From a virus, in the UHGV virus genome UHGV-0081096: 43,004 bases of DNA; one strand, written 5' to 3'. The position numbers and the translations under genes were made by a program. Every line of letters starts with the position of its first letter. Within the stretch, counting starts at the first letter, position 1. Below are positions 7,730 through 16,785 of this stretch, piece after piece. The notes beneath the pieces are model-generated. The model saw only the letters and a program-made list of their open reading frames with translations, was not told where the DNA came from and did no database searches.

Positions 7730-8632
7730 TTTAATACCGAGAAACGAATCAAAGAAAGTACTTACAACGCTCAAACTAGTATTTTACAAAGATGGATTGA
7801 TATTATCGGTAAAGATATGTTGATAAAAAAGGTAACAACAAGCAGTTTAGAGTATGCAATGGAATTAATGATTCGTAAAACAAATTCTAATTCCGCAGCA
7901 AATTATCTTAACAGATTAAATAAGATGTTTAGGTTTGCGGTTCAAAAAGGATATTTAGAAGTCAACCCGTGTGCACAATTAGAAGTTGTTAAAAATCCAA
8001 ACGAAAAAAGAAATGAAATGAAGTATTGGACTTTGGATCAGTTCAATTTATTCATTCCATTCGTAAAAAATCCTATGTACAATCTATTATTTAAAAATCA
8101 GTTTTACAACGGAACAAGAATAGGAGAAGCACTTGCTTTAACTTGGGAAGATATAGATTTTGAGAACAAAACAATCACGATCAACAAGACTTGGGCGAAA
8201 GATTTGCATCAAGTTACTACTCCAAAGACTAACAACAGTTACCGAACAATTACGATTCCAAGTTTCTTATGTGATAATTTCAAAGCTTATAAGGAATTAT
8301 TAGACGTTCCAGATAAATCGTTTATATTCGGTATAGATATGCCAATATCAACTTCGACAATCCGATCAAGAATGAGAAAAGCTATTATGGAAGCCAACCA
8401 AAGCAACGAAGAACAAATACCTACTATTCGTATACATGATTTAAGACATTCGTGTGCTTCGTACATGATTGGCAATATGGTAAGAGATGGAAGCTCTAAT
8501 TTTAGCTTGTATGATGTTGCAAAGCGTTTAGGAGACAATCTAAACACTGTATTAAGTGTTTATGCTCATTGGCTACCTCAAGCAGATAAAGGAATCGCAA
8601 AATTCATGGATAAAGACAATGCACTAGATTAA
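7730..8632 (+). CDS. int: phage integrase (tyrosine family), apparently 5'-truncated
   Basis: GTRIGE, TPKT, HDLRHS, VYAH motifs; frame open upstream of ATG 7817 through KRIKESTY to a stop at 7727; no convincing start/RBS. Confidence 0.8.
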   Translation, partial: FNTEKRIKESTYNAQTSILQRWIDIIGKDMLIKKVTTSSLEYAMELMIRKTNSNSAANYLNRLNKMFRFAVQKGYLEVNPCAQLEVVKNPNEKRNEMKYWTLDQFNLFIPFVKNPMYNLLFKNQFYNGTRIGEALALTWEDIDFENKTITINKTWAKDLHQVTTPKTNNSYRTITIPSFLCDNFKAYKELLDVPDKSFIFGIDMPISTSTIRSRMRKAIMEANQSNEEQIPTIRIHDLRHSCASYMIGNMVRDGSSNFSLYDVAKRLGDNLNTVLSVYAHWLPQADKGIAKFMDKDNALD

Positions 8633-8649
8633 TTTCTAGTGCTTTTTTT
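8621..8649 (+). terminator. terminator between convergent int and repressor
   Basis: GCACTAGA/TCTAGTGC stem + T7. Confidence 0.75.
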
Positions 8650-8713
8650 GTTGCAAAAGAAAAACACACATTTAAGTGCGTTCTTTGAAATTCATTATTA
8701 TTAGGTGATTTTA

Positions 8714-9091
8714 TTAATCAATTCCTCGTTGTTTTCGTATTGTATCAACAAACATTATTACTGATTCTACGTCGTTATCATTTAAATCACATACTTTATC
8801 GAATAATTGATTAAGAAGATTATGGCTAGATAATTTATTACATATGGTCTTTAATCGTATATCTTGTTTGTTTGGATGCTCTTCAACTTCATATCCAAGA
8901 AATACGAGGGGTGATACATTAAAAATTTCTGCCATTTTTTGAATTGTTGATTTTTTTAAATTTTCAACTCTTCCTTTTTCGTATTTAGCTATCGCAGATT
9001 TTTGAACACCTAATTTTTCGCCTAATTGTTCTTGTGTCCAATGATTTTGTATACGTAGCTTTTTAATCATTTCTCCTGTTTCCATTTTCAT
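8714..9091 (-). CDS. CI-like repressor (XRE HTH)
   Basis: IKKLRIQNHWTQEQLGEKLGVQKSAIAKYEKG; divergent from cro-like gene; no S24 peptidase domain seen. Confidence 0.88.
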   Translation of the reverse strand: MKMETGEMIKKLRIQNHWTQEQLGEKLGVQKSAIAKYEKGRVENLKKSTIQKMAEIFNVSPLVFLGYEVEEHPNKQDIRLKTICNKLSSHNLLNQLFDKVCDLNDNDVESVIMFVDTIRKQRGID

Positions 9092-9199
9092 ATACCTTTG
9101 TCAAATTATCGTGACCTCCTTATATATTGATTCTAACAAATATGTATCGTGTAATTCAACTTACAGTTTAAAAGATTTCTAAAAAAGACACATTTCATG

Positions 9200-9227
9200 T
9201 TGCAAAAAGGTAAAAGAGTGATATACT
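9200..9227 (+). promoter_or_regulatory. early lytic promoter
   Basis: TTGCAA-16 nt-TATACT with TG extension. Confidence 0.65.
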
Positions 9228-9231
9228 AAAA

Positions 9232-9249
9232 GTGTCTAAAAAAAGACAC
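9232..9249. promoter_or_regulatory. operator (GTGTC-N8-GACAC)
   Basis: GTGTCTAAAAAAAGACAC over the predicted transcription start; identical copy at 9481-9498, degenerate copy at 9174-9191. Confidence 0.7.
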
Positions 9250-9270
9250 TTTAAAAAAGGCGGTGATAAT

Positions 9271-9528
9271 ATGGATAAGAAAAAATTAAAGTCATTAATG
9301 GTATTAAATAACGATACAGGGAAGACATTATCTCAGTATTTAGGCATTTCTGAGCAAACTTTTTCCATGAAATTGAATGAGAAGCATGGGAGAAGTTTCA
9401 CTAAAGATGAGGTGGAAGCAATATCTAATAAATATTCATTAACACCTGAAGAAATGGTATCTATTTTTTTTAAACATATAGTGTCTAAAAAAAGACACAT
9501 TTCAAATTTATTAAATTTAAAATTTTAA
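9271..9528 (+). CDS. Cro-like HTH regulator
   Basis: GGCGGTG RBS; LSQYLGISEQTFSMKLN...FTKDEV...IFF pattern. Confidence 0.8.
   Translation: MDKKKLKSLMVLNNDTGKTLSQYLGISEQTFSMKLNEKHGRSFTKDEVEAISNKYSLTPEEMVSIFFKHIVSKKRHISNLLNLKF
9481..9498. promoter_or_regulatory. second operator copy inside the 3' end of cro
   Basis: identical 18-mer GTGTCTAAAAAAAGACAC. Confidence 0.65.
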
Positions 9529-9546
9529 AAAGAAAGGATGGTCACA

Positions 9547-9717
9547 ATGAAAAGCACAACTGAAATTATTAAAGAATCTAAAGAAGCGGAAGGCACAGTA
9601 TTAGACATTCTAATTAAGAATGGATGTTCAAAAGAAGATTTAGAAAAGGCTTCTATAATGTGCGCAACAATGTATGTATGTGGTTTTGAAGTTGGAAAGA
9701 GATGTGTTGTGGAATGA
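9547..9717 (+). CDS. hypothetical protein (56 aa)
   Basis: AAGGA RBS; MKSTTEIIKE...RCVVE; ATGA overlap with next gene. Confidence 0.6.
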   Translation: MKSTTEIIKESKEAEGTVLDILIKNGCSKEDLEKASIMCATMYVCGFEVGKRCVVE

Positions 9718-9917
9718 AAGTTCTTCTTGGTTACAAAGACATTATGGCGCTTGGTTTCTCTAAGAAAACAGCATATAAGATGCTTAATCTTATTTGTGAA
9801 TATGAGGACTATAAAAAGTCTAATCTAGCAAAGGTTATTGATTCGAAGAAAGTTCCAACAAAACTATTCGTAAAGATGTTTCCTGAATTTAAAGAAGTAG
9901 TGGGGTGTGGGAAATGA
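9714..9917 (+). CDS. small DNA-binding protein, excisionase-like
   Basis: LLGYKDIMALGFSKKTAYKML winged-helix-like start; position after cro. Confidence 0.5.
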   Translation: MKVLLGYKDIMALGFSKKTAYKMLNLICEYEDYKKSNLAKVIDSKKVPTKLFVKMFPEFKEVVGCGK

Positions 9918-10057
9918 TGGATGTAGATGATTTAAGGGTTATTCAAGATAACCGATTTATTGATGAAGATGAAGAAGAGGAGGAAGAACAATATGACTAT
10001 GAAGACTACTGCTACGACTTCTGCAAAGCAGAACGTGACGAAGAAGCCTACTTCTAG
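9914..10057 (+). CDS. acidic hypothetical protein (47 aa)
   Basis: ATGA-coupled to previous gene; MMDVDDLRV...EEAYF. Confidence 0.5.
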   Translation: MMDVDDLRVIQDNRFIDEDEEEEEEQYDYEDYCYDFCKAERDEEAYF

Positions 10058-10280
10058 ATCTACTGCAAAGAAAAAAGCAGTTGAATTGGGTGATTGTATC
10101 ACGCTTCCTTCTTTTGCAAACAACTCTTACGAAACACATTATGCAACTAAAGTTAGAAGCATGAAGCAGACGAGCATGGTTAATGGAATGGCTAAATTCA
10201 ATTACATTTGTTCTATCGTTTTATTCGCACTAGCTATCGCATTTACAGTTTTCGCAAACTGGTACATAAGAGGCTTGTAA
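9993..10280 (+). CDS. hypothetical membrane protein
   Basis: GAGGAGG RBS before ATG 9993; basic N-terminus, C-terminal TM helix. Confidence 0.6.
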   Translation: MTMKTTATTSAKQNVTKKPTSRSTAKKKAVELGDCITLPSFANNSYETHYATKVRSMKQTSMVNGMAKFNYICSIVLFALAIAFTVFANWYIRGL

Positions 10281-10503
10281 TGACACAAACAGAAAGAATT
10301 ATCAAGCACCTAAAAGAGCATGGATCTATCACTCCTTTAGAAGCTATTAAAGAGTATGGAATCACTCGTTTAGGTGCAAGGATTTGGGATATGACATAGA
10401 AACTCAAACTGAAACTTCAAAAAATCGGTTTGGTGATAAGACATCATATGCCAAGTACGTATTAAAAGGAGGGGTAAAAAATGAATCTGTATCAAGACAC
10501 TGA
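10280..10503 (+). pseudogene. frameshifted winged-HTH protein
   Basis: MTQTERIIKHLKEHGSITPLEA...RLGARIWD stops at 10399; expected continuation LGYDIETQTETSKNRFG...YAKYVL lies in the -1 frame. Confidence 0.7.
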
Positions 10504-11152
10504 AAAATACATTGTCGAAAAGTATGGGAGCCATGAAGAATGGCTGAAAAAGCGTGGTCGTGGTATTGGTGGCTCGGATGCAGCGTGCTTCATGGATTTG
10601 AATCCATGGAAAACATTGAATCAGTTATGGCATGACAAGAAGTTTGGATCACAACAAATTACAAATGATGCGATTGAATATGGGAATACCGCAGAACCTT
10701 GTTTAAGGACATTGTTCCAAGCTAAGCATCCAGAGTTGGATGTTCAGTATGTTGATAACGTTACATTGGTTTCTAAGGAGCATGAGTTTCTAAGATACAG
10801 TCCTGATGGATTGATTTACAACAAAGAAACAGGCGAACGTGGAATCTTAGAAATCAAAACATCTAAGATAGTCAATTCTCAGAGTTTGCAGAAATGGGGA
10901 AGTAAGGGAAACGAAACAGTTCCCGATAACTACTATTGCCAAACATTAGAGGGCCTAATAGTAACGGACTTTGACTTCGTGATCTACTGTGCAGAACTAA
11001 GATTTGCAGATGGTGATGCACGAATCATAGAGCGTTCATATCGAAAAGAAGAAGCTTTAGACAGTATGAACGATCTAAAACAAGCAATGATAGAAAAATG
11101 GGATAGGTACTTTATCCAAGATGTAGAACCACCTATCACATTGTCTATATAA
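10481..11152 (+). CDS. YqaJ-like (lambda-exonuclease family) recombination nuclease
   Basis: EWLKKRGRGIGGSDA, SPDG, ILEIKT, YYCQ motifs. Confidence 0.9.
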   Translation: MNLYQDTEKYIVEKYGSHEEWLKKRGRGIGGSDAACFMDLNPWKTLNQLWHDKKFGSQQITNDAIEYGNTAEPCLRTLFQAKHPELDVQYVDNVTLVSKEHEFLRYSPDGLIYNKETGERGILEIKTSKIVNSQSLQKWGSKGNETVPDNYYCQTLEGLIVTDFDFVIYCAELRFADGDARIIERSYRKEEALDSMNDLKQAMIEKWDRYFIQDVEPPITLSI

Positions 11153-11170
11153 AAAATGGAGGATGAAAAC

Positions 11171-12037
11171 ATGGAATTTAATTTAGAAGTTAGTGCAAAG
11201 GATGGAAAGGTTTATACCAATGCATCTGATTTATTACCCGAAATTCAGAATGGTTTAAAGCACTACGACTATGTAGTTGACGAAAACAATTATAAACAAG
11301 CTAAAACAGACAGAACTGCATTAAACAATTTAGTGAAGATTGTATCGGACAAACGTAAACAAGTTGAGAACGAAGCATTCTCTCAATGGCTACAAGATAA
11401 AAAAGACATTATGCAAGTCGAAAAGGCTATCAAAGCAGCATCCGATAAATTGGGGGAAGGAATTAATGATGTTGATAACGCAGAAAAGGAATTGAAGCGT
11501 AATCAAATCAAGGAATTGTGGTCAAACATGACGAATGATAAATATCCATTCGATCTAGTGTTCGAAGAAAGATATTTGAACAAGACTGTTAAGAACAAAG
11601 AAATTGAAGAAAGCTTAAATAACAAGTTTCTTAAAGCGGAAGAACAATTATCATTCATTCAAGCTTCATTGCCTGATGATGAACTACAGGCAGAGCAAGT
11701 TATCCAATTGTTCTGTAAGACATTGGATCTAAGCAAAGCTACAGAACGTATTAACGAAATCAAGGAAGCTAAAGCAAAGTTACAAGCTAAAGTGGATGCT
11801 CAGATTGAGCAATCTAAACAAGCACAAGCTATGAATCAAGCAGCAGTTCCTCAGAATAATGTTCTGAACAACGCTCAGAGCAATGTAGAAGCTCAAGTTC
11901 AATCAAGTGGAAGAAGATATTGTGTATTCCGTTTTGAAGGCCCTAGGGAAGAACTACAAGCATTTAATCCAATTTTAAATGCATTTATTAAAGAACACGA
12001 TGTGAAAGTAACAATTTTAGAAAAGGGAGAGTGTTAA
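11171..12037 (+). CDS. DUF1351-like coiled-coil protein
   Basis: YKQAKTDRTALNNL motif; between exonuclease and RecT. Confidence 0.7.
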   Translation: MEFNLEVSAKDGKVYTNASDLLPEIQNGLKHYDYVVDENNYKQAKTDRTALNNLVKIVSDKRKQVENEAFSQWLQDKKDIMQVEKAIKAASDKLGEGINDVDNAEKELKRNQIKELWSNMTNDKYPFDLVFEERYLNKTVKNKEIEESLNNKFLKAEEQLSFIQASLPDDELQAEQVIQLFCKTLDLSKATERINEIKEAKAKLQAKVDAQIEQSKQAQAMNQAAVPQNNVLNNAQSNVEAQVQSSGRRYCVFRFEGPREELQAFNPILNAFIKEHDVKVTILEKGEC

Positions 12038-12038
12038 T

Positions 12039-12872
12039 ATGCTACAAAACAACATCACAAAGAAACCTCAGACAACATTTGCAAATTATGTAAAATCTGA
12101 TGCAGTACTTGCAAATATTTCAAAAACCTTAGGTAGTGCAACGAGAGGTAAAAAATTCGTGGCATCCATCATTAGTGCAGTAAATACAAATAAACAATTA
12201 CAGGAATGTGATTTTGCAACAATTGTAAGTGCTGGTATTGTGGGTGATTCTTTGAATTTATCACCAAGTCCACAGTTAGGACATTACTACATGGTTCCGT
12301 TCAGAGATACTAAGAACAACCGTACAGTTGCTACATTTCAACTTGGATATAAAGGTTATCTTCAATTAGCTATTCGTTCAGGTCAATACAAGAAAATCAA
12401 TGTTGTAGCAGTTAAAGATGGGGAATTATTAAGCTATAACCCATTTACAGAAGACATTGAAGTAAGAGCTATTACAGACCCATTAGAACGTGAGAAAGCT
12501 CCTACAATTGGATATTACGGAATGTTTGAATTGACTAACGGATTTACTAAATCAATGTACTGGTCAAAAGAAACAATGGAAGAACACGCTCAGAAATACT
12601 CAAAAGGGTATGCAGCACATAAAGGATATACATTCTGGGAAAAAGATTTTGACGGAATGGCTTTCAAAACTATCTTACGTCAATTGATTTCTAAATGGGG
12701 AATCATGAGTATTGAAATGCAAACTGCAATTGAAACGGATATGTCATTTAAAGATGATGTAAGTTCTCAACCTGTTTATTTCGATAATGAAGAAACTCAA
12801 CAGATCGAACAAACTCAAGTGTATCAAGAACAAACATATCAGGAACAACCCGAAGGTGTAAGTCTTGTATAA
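12039..12872 (+). CDS. recT: RecT-family single-strand annealing protein
   Basis: LGHYYMVPF, FQLGYKGYLQLAIRSGQY, MAFKTILR motifs. Confidence 0.92.
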   Translation: MLQNNITKKPQTTFANYVKSDAVLANISKTLGSATRGKKFVASIISAVNTNKQLQECDFATIVSAGIVGDSLNLSPSPQLGHYYMVPFRDTKNNRTVATFQLGYKGYLQLAIRSGQYKKINVVAVKDGELLSYNPFTEDIEVRAITDPLEREKAPTIGYYGMFELTNGFTKSMYWSKETMEEHAQKYSKGYAAHKGYTFWEKDFDGMAFKTILRQLISKWGIMSIEMQTAIETDMSFKDDVSSQPVYFDNEETQQIEQTQVYQEQTYQEQPEGVSLV

Positions 12873-13173
12873 ATCCAAACGCAGTAAAGCTACAGATATT
12901 CCTAAATCAGTTAAAGACACTGTATGGGAAAGAGATGGGAGAATGTGTATATTTTGCGGTTCTCCCTTCGCATTCCCTGAAGCACATATTATTCCTAGAT
13001 CAAGAGGGGGACTCGGCACAGAAAAAAACATCATTACAGTGTGTCGTAAGTGTCATAACCTTCTAGATCAGAGTGCTAAAAGAGAGAAAATGTTAGGCAT
13101 TGCCAAAAAATATTTAGAACGTATCTATGGAAATATTGATAAATCAGAGGTGAAATATGCTAAGTCAAAATGA
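12865..13173 (+). CDS. HNH endonuclease
   Basis: RD..CIFCG, HIIPRSRGG, N...CRKCH. Confidence 0.85.
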   Translation: MYKSKRSKATDIPKSVKDTVWERDGRMCIFCGSPFAFPEAHIIPRSRGGLGTEKNIITVCRKCHNLLDQSAKREKMLGIAKKYLERIYGNIDKSEVKYAKSK

Positions 13174-13633
13174 ATTATTGTATAAATACAACCCATTTAA
13201 AGTTAAACATTGGAAAGATGAAGAAATCCAAGAGCAACTTTCAATCCTAGTTGATGCTTATATCTCTGATGCAGAAACAGTAATGAAAATGGCTTTAAAT
13301 GTTGAAAACCTAGCAAATCAAATGTTTCTGATTGGTGAAATGATAGCTCGATTACAAGAAAGCTCAAATATTCTAAAAGCAGATATTGAGAACAAAATGA
13401 ATCAAGCGATTTACGTAGAACGCAGCACATGGGAACGTGACCATGGGAAAGCACCTAGCATTAAATATTTTGAAGCTTTAGCAGGTCAAAAAGTAGCTGA
13501 GGAAAAATCAAAGTTCGCAAAATTAGATAGTGATTTGAAGCGATTCAAAACGGCTTATGAAAGTATTGAAGCTAAGATGAATTCGGAAAAGAAAAAGATT
13601 GATGCTACTAAGTTTGAGATTGGAGGTGCATAA
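13157..13633 (+). CDS. hypothetical helical protein
   Basis: GAGGTG RBS; 158-aa ORF. Confidence 0.6.
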   Translation: MLSQNELLYKYNPFKVKHWKDEEIQEQLSILVDAYISDAETVMKMALNVENLANQMFLIGEMIARLQESSNILKADIENKMNQAIYVERSTWERDHGKAPSIKYFEALAGQKVAEEKSKFAKLDSDLKRFKTAYESIEAKMNSEKKKIDATKFEIGGA

Positions 13634-13634
13634 G

Positions 13635-14126
13635 ATGATTTTAGGTATTGATCCAGGAAATATAGAGAGTGCATATGTAGTTGTTGCAGATGATTTAAGC
13701 GAAGTCCTAGAAAAAGGAAAAGTTGAAAATCTTGAATTGATGAGATTACTTACTCGTTTCAAGCTTACATACGATATTCGTTATGTAGCTATTGAAATGA
13801 TTGCCTCATATGGGATGCCAGTTGGTGCATCTGTATTTGATACGTGTGTGTGGATAGGACGTTTTAAAGAGCATTGTTTGAAGCTTTTGTGGGAAGTTGA
13901 GTTTGTGTATAGAAAAGAAGAAAAAATGCTTCTATGCAACTCTATGAAGGCGAAAGACAGTAATATCATTCAAGCTCTTATTGATTTGTTCGCTAAAGAT
14001 ACTCCAAACAAAGGAAAAGGAACAAAAAAAGAGCATGGATATTTCTACGGATTCAAGAAAGACGTATGGCAAGCGTTTGCGGTCGCTTACGTTTTCCATA
14101 CTAAATATATCGGAACTGAATGTTAG
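13635..14126 (+). CDS. RuvC-like Holliday junction resolvase
   Basis: MILGIDPG, VAIE, terminal D..QAFAVA. Confidence 0.7.
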   Translation: MILGIDPGNIESAYVVVADDLSEVLEKGKVENLELMRLLTRFKLTYDIRYVAIEMIASYGMPVGASVFDTCVWIGRFKEHCLKLLWEVEFVYRKEEKMLLCNSMKAKDSNIIQALIDLFAKDTPNKGKGTKKEHGYFYGFKKDVWQAFAVAYVFHTKYIGTEC

Positions 14127-14142
14127 TTAGGAGGTGCGATGA

Positions 14143-14883
14143 ATGGAAGAACAACAAAAAGCGTATTATGCGATTATTCCAGCAAACGTAAGATACGATA
14201 AAGATTTAGCTCCAAACGCAAAATTGTTATATGGAGAAATCACTGCATTATGCAACGAAAAAGGATATTGTTGGGCATCTAATCAATATTTTGCAGATTT
14301 ATATCATTCTTCTATATCGGCAGTACAAAAATGGGTAAGTGCCTTAGTGAAAAAGGGCTATATCAATTTAGAGTTTGTTTACAAAGAAGGAACAAAGCAA
14401 ATACTGCAACGAAAGTTATACATCACACCTGGTGTAAATATTTACACCACTTCACATAAAAATTTATATGACCCTGGGGTAAAAAAATACATGACCCCTG
14501 GTGTAAATATTTGCGTGGAGAATAATAAAGATATTAATAATACATTTAATAATAAAAAAGATGTATATACACGCAAACACAAATACGGAGAATATCAGCA
14601 CGTTTTACTAACTGATGAAGAACACACACACTTGGTTGAATTATATGGATCATCTTTGGATGAACATATAAAGATTCTTGATGAATACATTGAAACATAT
14701 GGTAAGAGTTACAAGAACCATCCGCTTGTGCTTCAGAAATGGGTACATGATGAATGGACAAAAAGAAATAAGAACAATCCTGTCAAACTTGATTCTAAAT
14801 TCTATGTACAAGAAAACAATCAATCGTATGAAGATGTACATAAGGAAATGGAACGAGTTAGAAGGGAAATATTAGGAGCATAG
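14143..14883 (+). CDS. replication initiator / replisome organizer with N-terminal HTH
   Basis: YYAIIPANVRYD...AKLLYGEITAL...GYCWASNQYF; internal iteron-like repeats. Confidence 0.85.
   Translation: MEEQQKAYYAIIPANVRYDKDLAPNAKLLYGEITALCNEKGYCWASNQYFADLYHSSISAVQKWVSALVKKGYINLEFVYKEGTKQILQRKLYITPGVNIYTTSHKNLYDPGVKKYMTPGVNICVENNKDINNTFNNKKDVYTRKHKYGEYQHVLLTDEEHTHLVELYGSSLDEHIKILDEYIETYGKSYKNHPLVLQKWVHDEWTKRNKNNPVKLDSKFYVQENNQSYEDVHKEMERVRREILGA
14427..14512. repeat. putative replication origin (iterons and palindrome)
   Basis: CCTGG(T/G)GTAAA three times; perfect 20-bp palindrome TGGTGTAAATATTTACACCA 14430-14449; followed by an AT-rich tract. Confidence 0.65.
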
Positions 14884-14895
14884 AAAGGGGATTAA

Positions 14896-15159
14896 ATGAT
14901 TAATTGGATTTGTGGGTTTATGTGGGGAAGTGCTGCAACACTTCTTCTATATAGCCTATATGTTGGAAAAAGAATTCAAGATGAACAAGATAAAGCCTGT
15001 AAATGTATTTTCAAATATGAAGAATACAGGCGAAAGATTAGAACACTGGCAAATGAAAACAAAAGTCTAGTGTATCAAGTTAGAGAACTAGAGAAGAAGC
15101 TTGAATCAAGTAATTATGATTACATGGGTGATTACTTAGGCTTCGAGGAGACGAAATAA
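14896..15159 (+). CDS. hypothetical membrane-anchored protein
   Basis: N-terminal hydrophobic helix, coiled coil. Confidence 0.6.
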   Translation: MINWICGFMWGSAATLLLYSLYVGKRIQDEQDKACKCIFKYEEYRRKIRTLANENKSLVYQVRELEKKLESSNYDYMGDYLGFEETK

Positions 15160-15174
15160 ACAGGAGGGGCAAAA

Positions 15175-15816
15175 GTGCAATATTACATGCTGGACAAAAG
15201 AGATATATCAAATGTACGTGGAATCGTAGATGTCAAGGATGTTATGAAAGAATTGGGTATTACAAATGCTCAGTTCACTAAAATGGTACGAAACGAGGAA
15301 GCCTATAAAGGATGTATTCTCGTTCCAATTGACTTGGGCGAAGATAAAAGAAAGCCTACAAGTGAAGATGATGAGCAATTCCAACTTATAGGTGAAAGTA
15401 AAACAGGAATCAGATATTACATTACAAGTTATTTAAGAGTTGTTTCTGTTGATCTAAAAGGAAACCAAAAGGAAATGAAGGCTAAAAAGGAAACGGAATC
15501 AATATACAGAGTTGCAGTGAACTTTAAAGAAGGCAGAAGATACTTGAATGTATTGTTTGAAGCCTACAAAGCTTTTGTAGGTGAAATAGAAAAGAATGAT
15601 TCTGTTGTTTGGGATGGAGAAATGAAAATCGAAAACCTTAGGGTTATCAAATTAGCTCAGACTCAAGGATTAAGAAACAAGAAGAAAGTAAGAATAGGCG
15701 ATACAGTCTATAGCTCAATTTCAGAGTGTGCTAGAAAGAATTTCATTTCTAGATCACATATGTATCAGATGATAGAAGGAATTGTACCTAATTCGATAGG
15801 TGTTGAATTTGTATAG
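15175..15816 (+). CDS. hypothetical protein, possibly DNA-binding
   Basis: AGGAGG RBS, GTG start; C-terminal YSSISECAR resembles NUMOD-type HTH. Confidence 0.55.
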   Translation: MQYYMLDKRDISNVRGIVDVKDVMKELGITNAQFTKMVRNEEAYKGCILVPIDLGEDKRKPTSEDDEQFQLIGESKTGIRYYITSYLRVVSVDLKGNQKEMKAKKETESIYRVAVNFKEGRRYLNVLFEAYKAFVGEIEKNDSVVWDGEMKIENLRVIKLAQTQGLRNKKKVRIGDTVYSSISECARKNFISRSHMYQMIEGIVPNSIGVEFV

Positions 15817-15834
15817 ATAAGGAGTTGAAAAGAA

Positions 15835-16278
15835 ATGAACAGAGTGATTTTATCAGGCGAAATCGGTAGCGATATTGTTTTAAAGAAAACCGCTGCAGGA
15901 CAAAGCCTTTGTAACTTCTCGATTGAAGTTAAAGAAAAAGGAAAGAATGGACAAGAGTTCAAATCTTTCTTCGATTGTACTGCTTGGGGAGAAAATGCAG
16001 AACGCATTAATCAATATGGATTCAGAGGACAACACATTGCAGTGGATGGAAAGCTTCAAAAAAGCTCATACACGAACAAAGACAATCAGAAGGTGTATAA
16101 GACTAGCGTGTATGTTATGGACGTAGAATTGAGCGTAAACAATGCGACAATGCCACAAACGCAAGCATATCAACAAACGAGTCAACAAATGCAGCAGCCA
16201 CAAACAGTACCATTTACAAATCAAGTAAATTACCAATCGTATCCAACGAATGATTTGGGGGAAGGAATGCCATTCTAG
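15835..16278 (+). CDS. ssb: single-stranded DNA-binding protein
   Basis: MNRVILSG, FFDCTAWG, C-terminal PF. Confidence 0.9.
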   Translation: MNRVILSGEIGSDIVLKKTAAGQSLCNFSIEVKEKGKNGQEFKSFFDCTAWGENAERINQYGFRGQHIAVDGKLQKSSYTNKDNQKVYKTSVYVMDVELSVNNATMPQTQAYQQTSQQMQQPQTVPFTNQVNYQSYPTNDLGEGMPF

Positions 16279-16482
16279 ATGATTGCGAAAAGATATGATG
16301 ATGAGCTTATGTACAGTGTTCAAAAGTGTGAGGGCGATAACAAATACAAATACTGTACAAGTGATGGAAAACTAGCTTTTAAGAAGCCTGGAAAAGATTT
16401 TCTAGGGGTAACAAAGCAAAATTACAAGAATGTGTATGTTATCAAAGGAGAAATATACATTGGAGAAAATGTTGGAAAATAA
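16279..16482 (+). CDS. hypothetical protein
   Basis: 67-aa ORF abutting ssb. Confidence 0.5.
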   Translation: MIAKRYDDELMYSVQKCEGDNKYKYCTSDGKLAFKKPGKDFLGVTKQNYKNVYVIKGEIYIGENVGK

Positions 16483-16774
16483 TTGCCATGGAAGGTATGC
16501 ATCATTCTTCAAAAACCACGAATTAAAAGAAGCGGATAAGTATATAAAGCGAGTGTTTCCAAATGCTGAGTTTTATATAGATTACGAGCACGCATTAGTT
16601 TTTGTAAGAATAGGCGAAGATGAAGAAATTGATCTTGATTATCATACAGTGATTAATGGAGTTGCTTATAATGGGACGTTCACAAGCAATTATAACGAGC
16701 TAGTTAAATATTTTTATGAATCCAAAGTATTTATGTGTAATGGTAAAAAGTATGAACAAGAAACATTATTTTAA
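16469..16774 (+). CDS. hypothetical protein
   Basis: GGAG RBS, ORF in operon. Confidence 0.5.
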   Translation: MLENNCHGRYASFFKNHELKEADKYIKRVFPNAEFYIDYEHALVFVRIGEDEEIDLDYHTVINGVAYNGTFTSNYNELVKYFYESKVFMCNGKKYEQETLF

Positions 16775-16785
16775 GGAGGAGCAAA

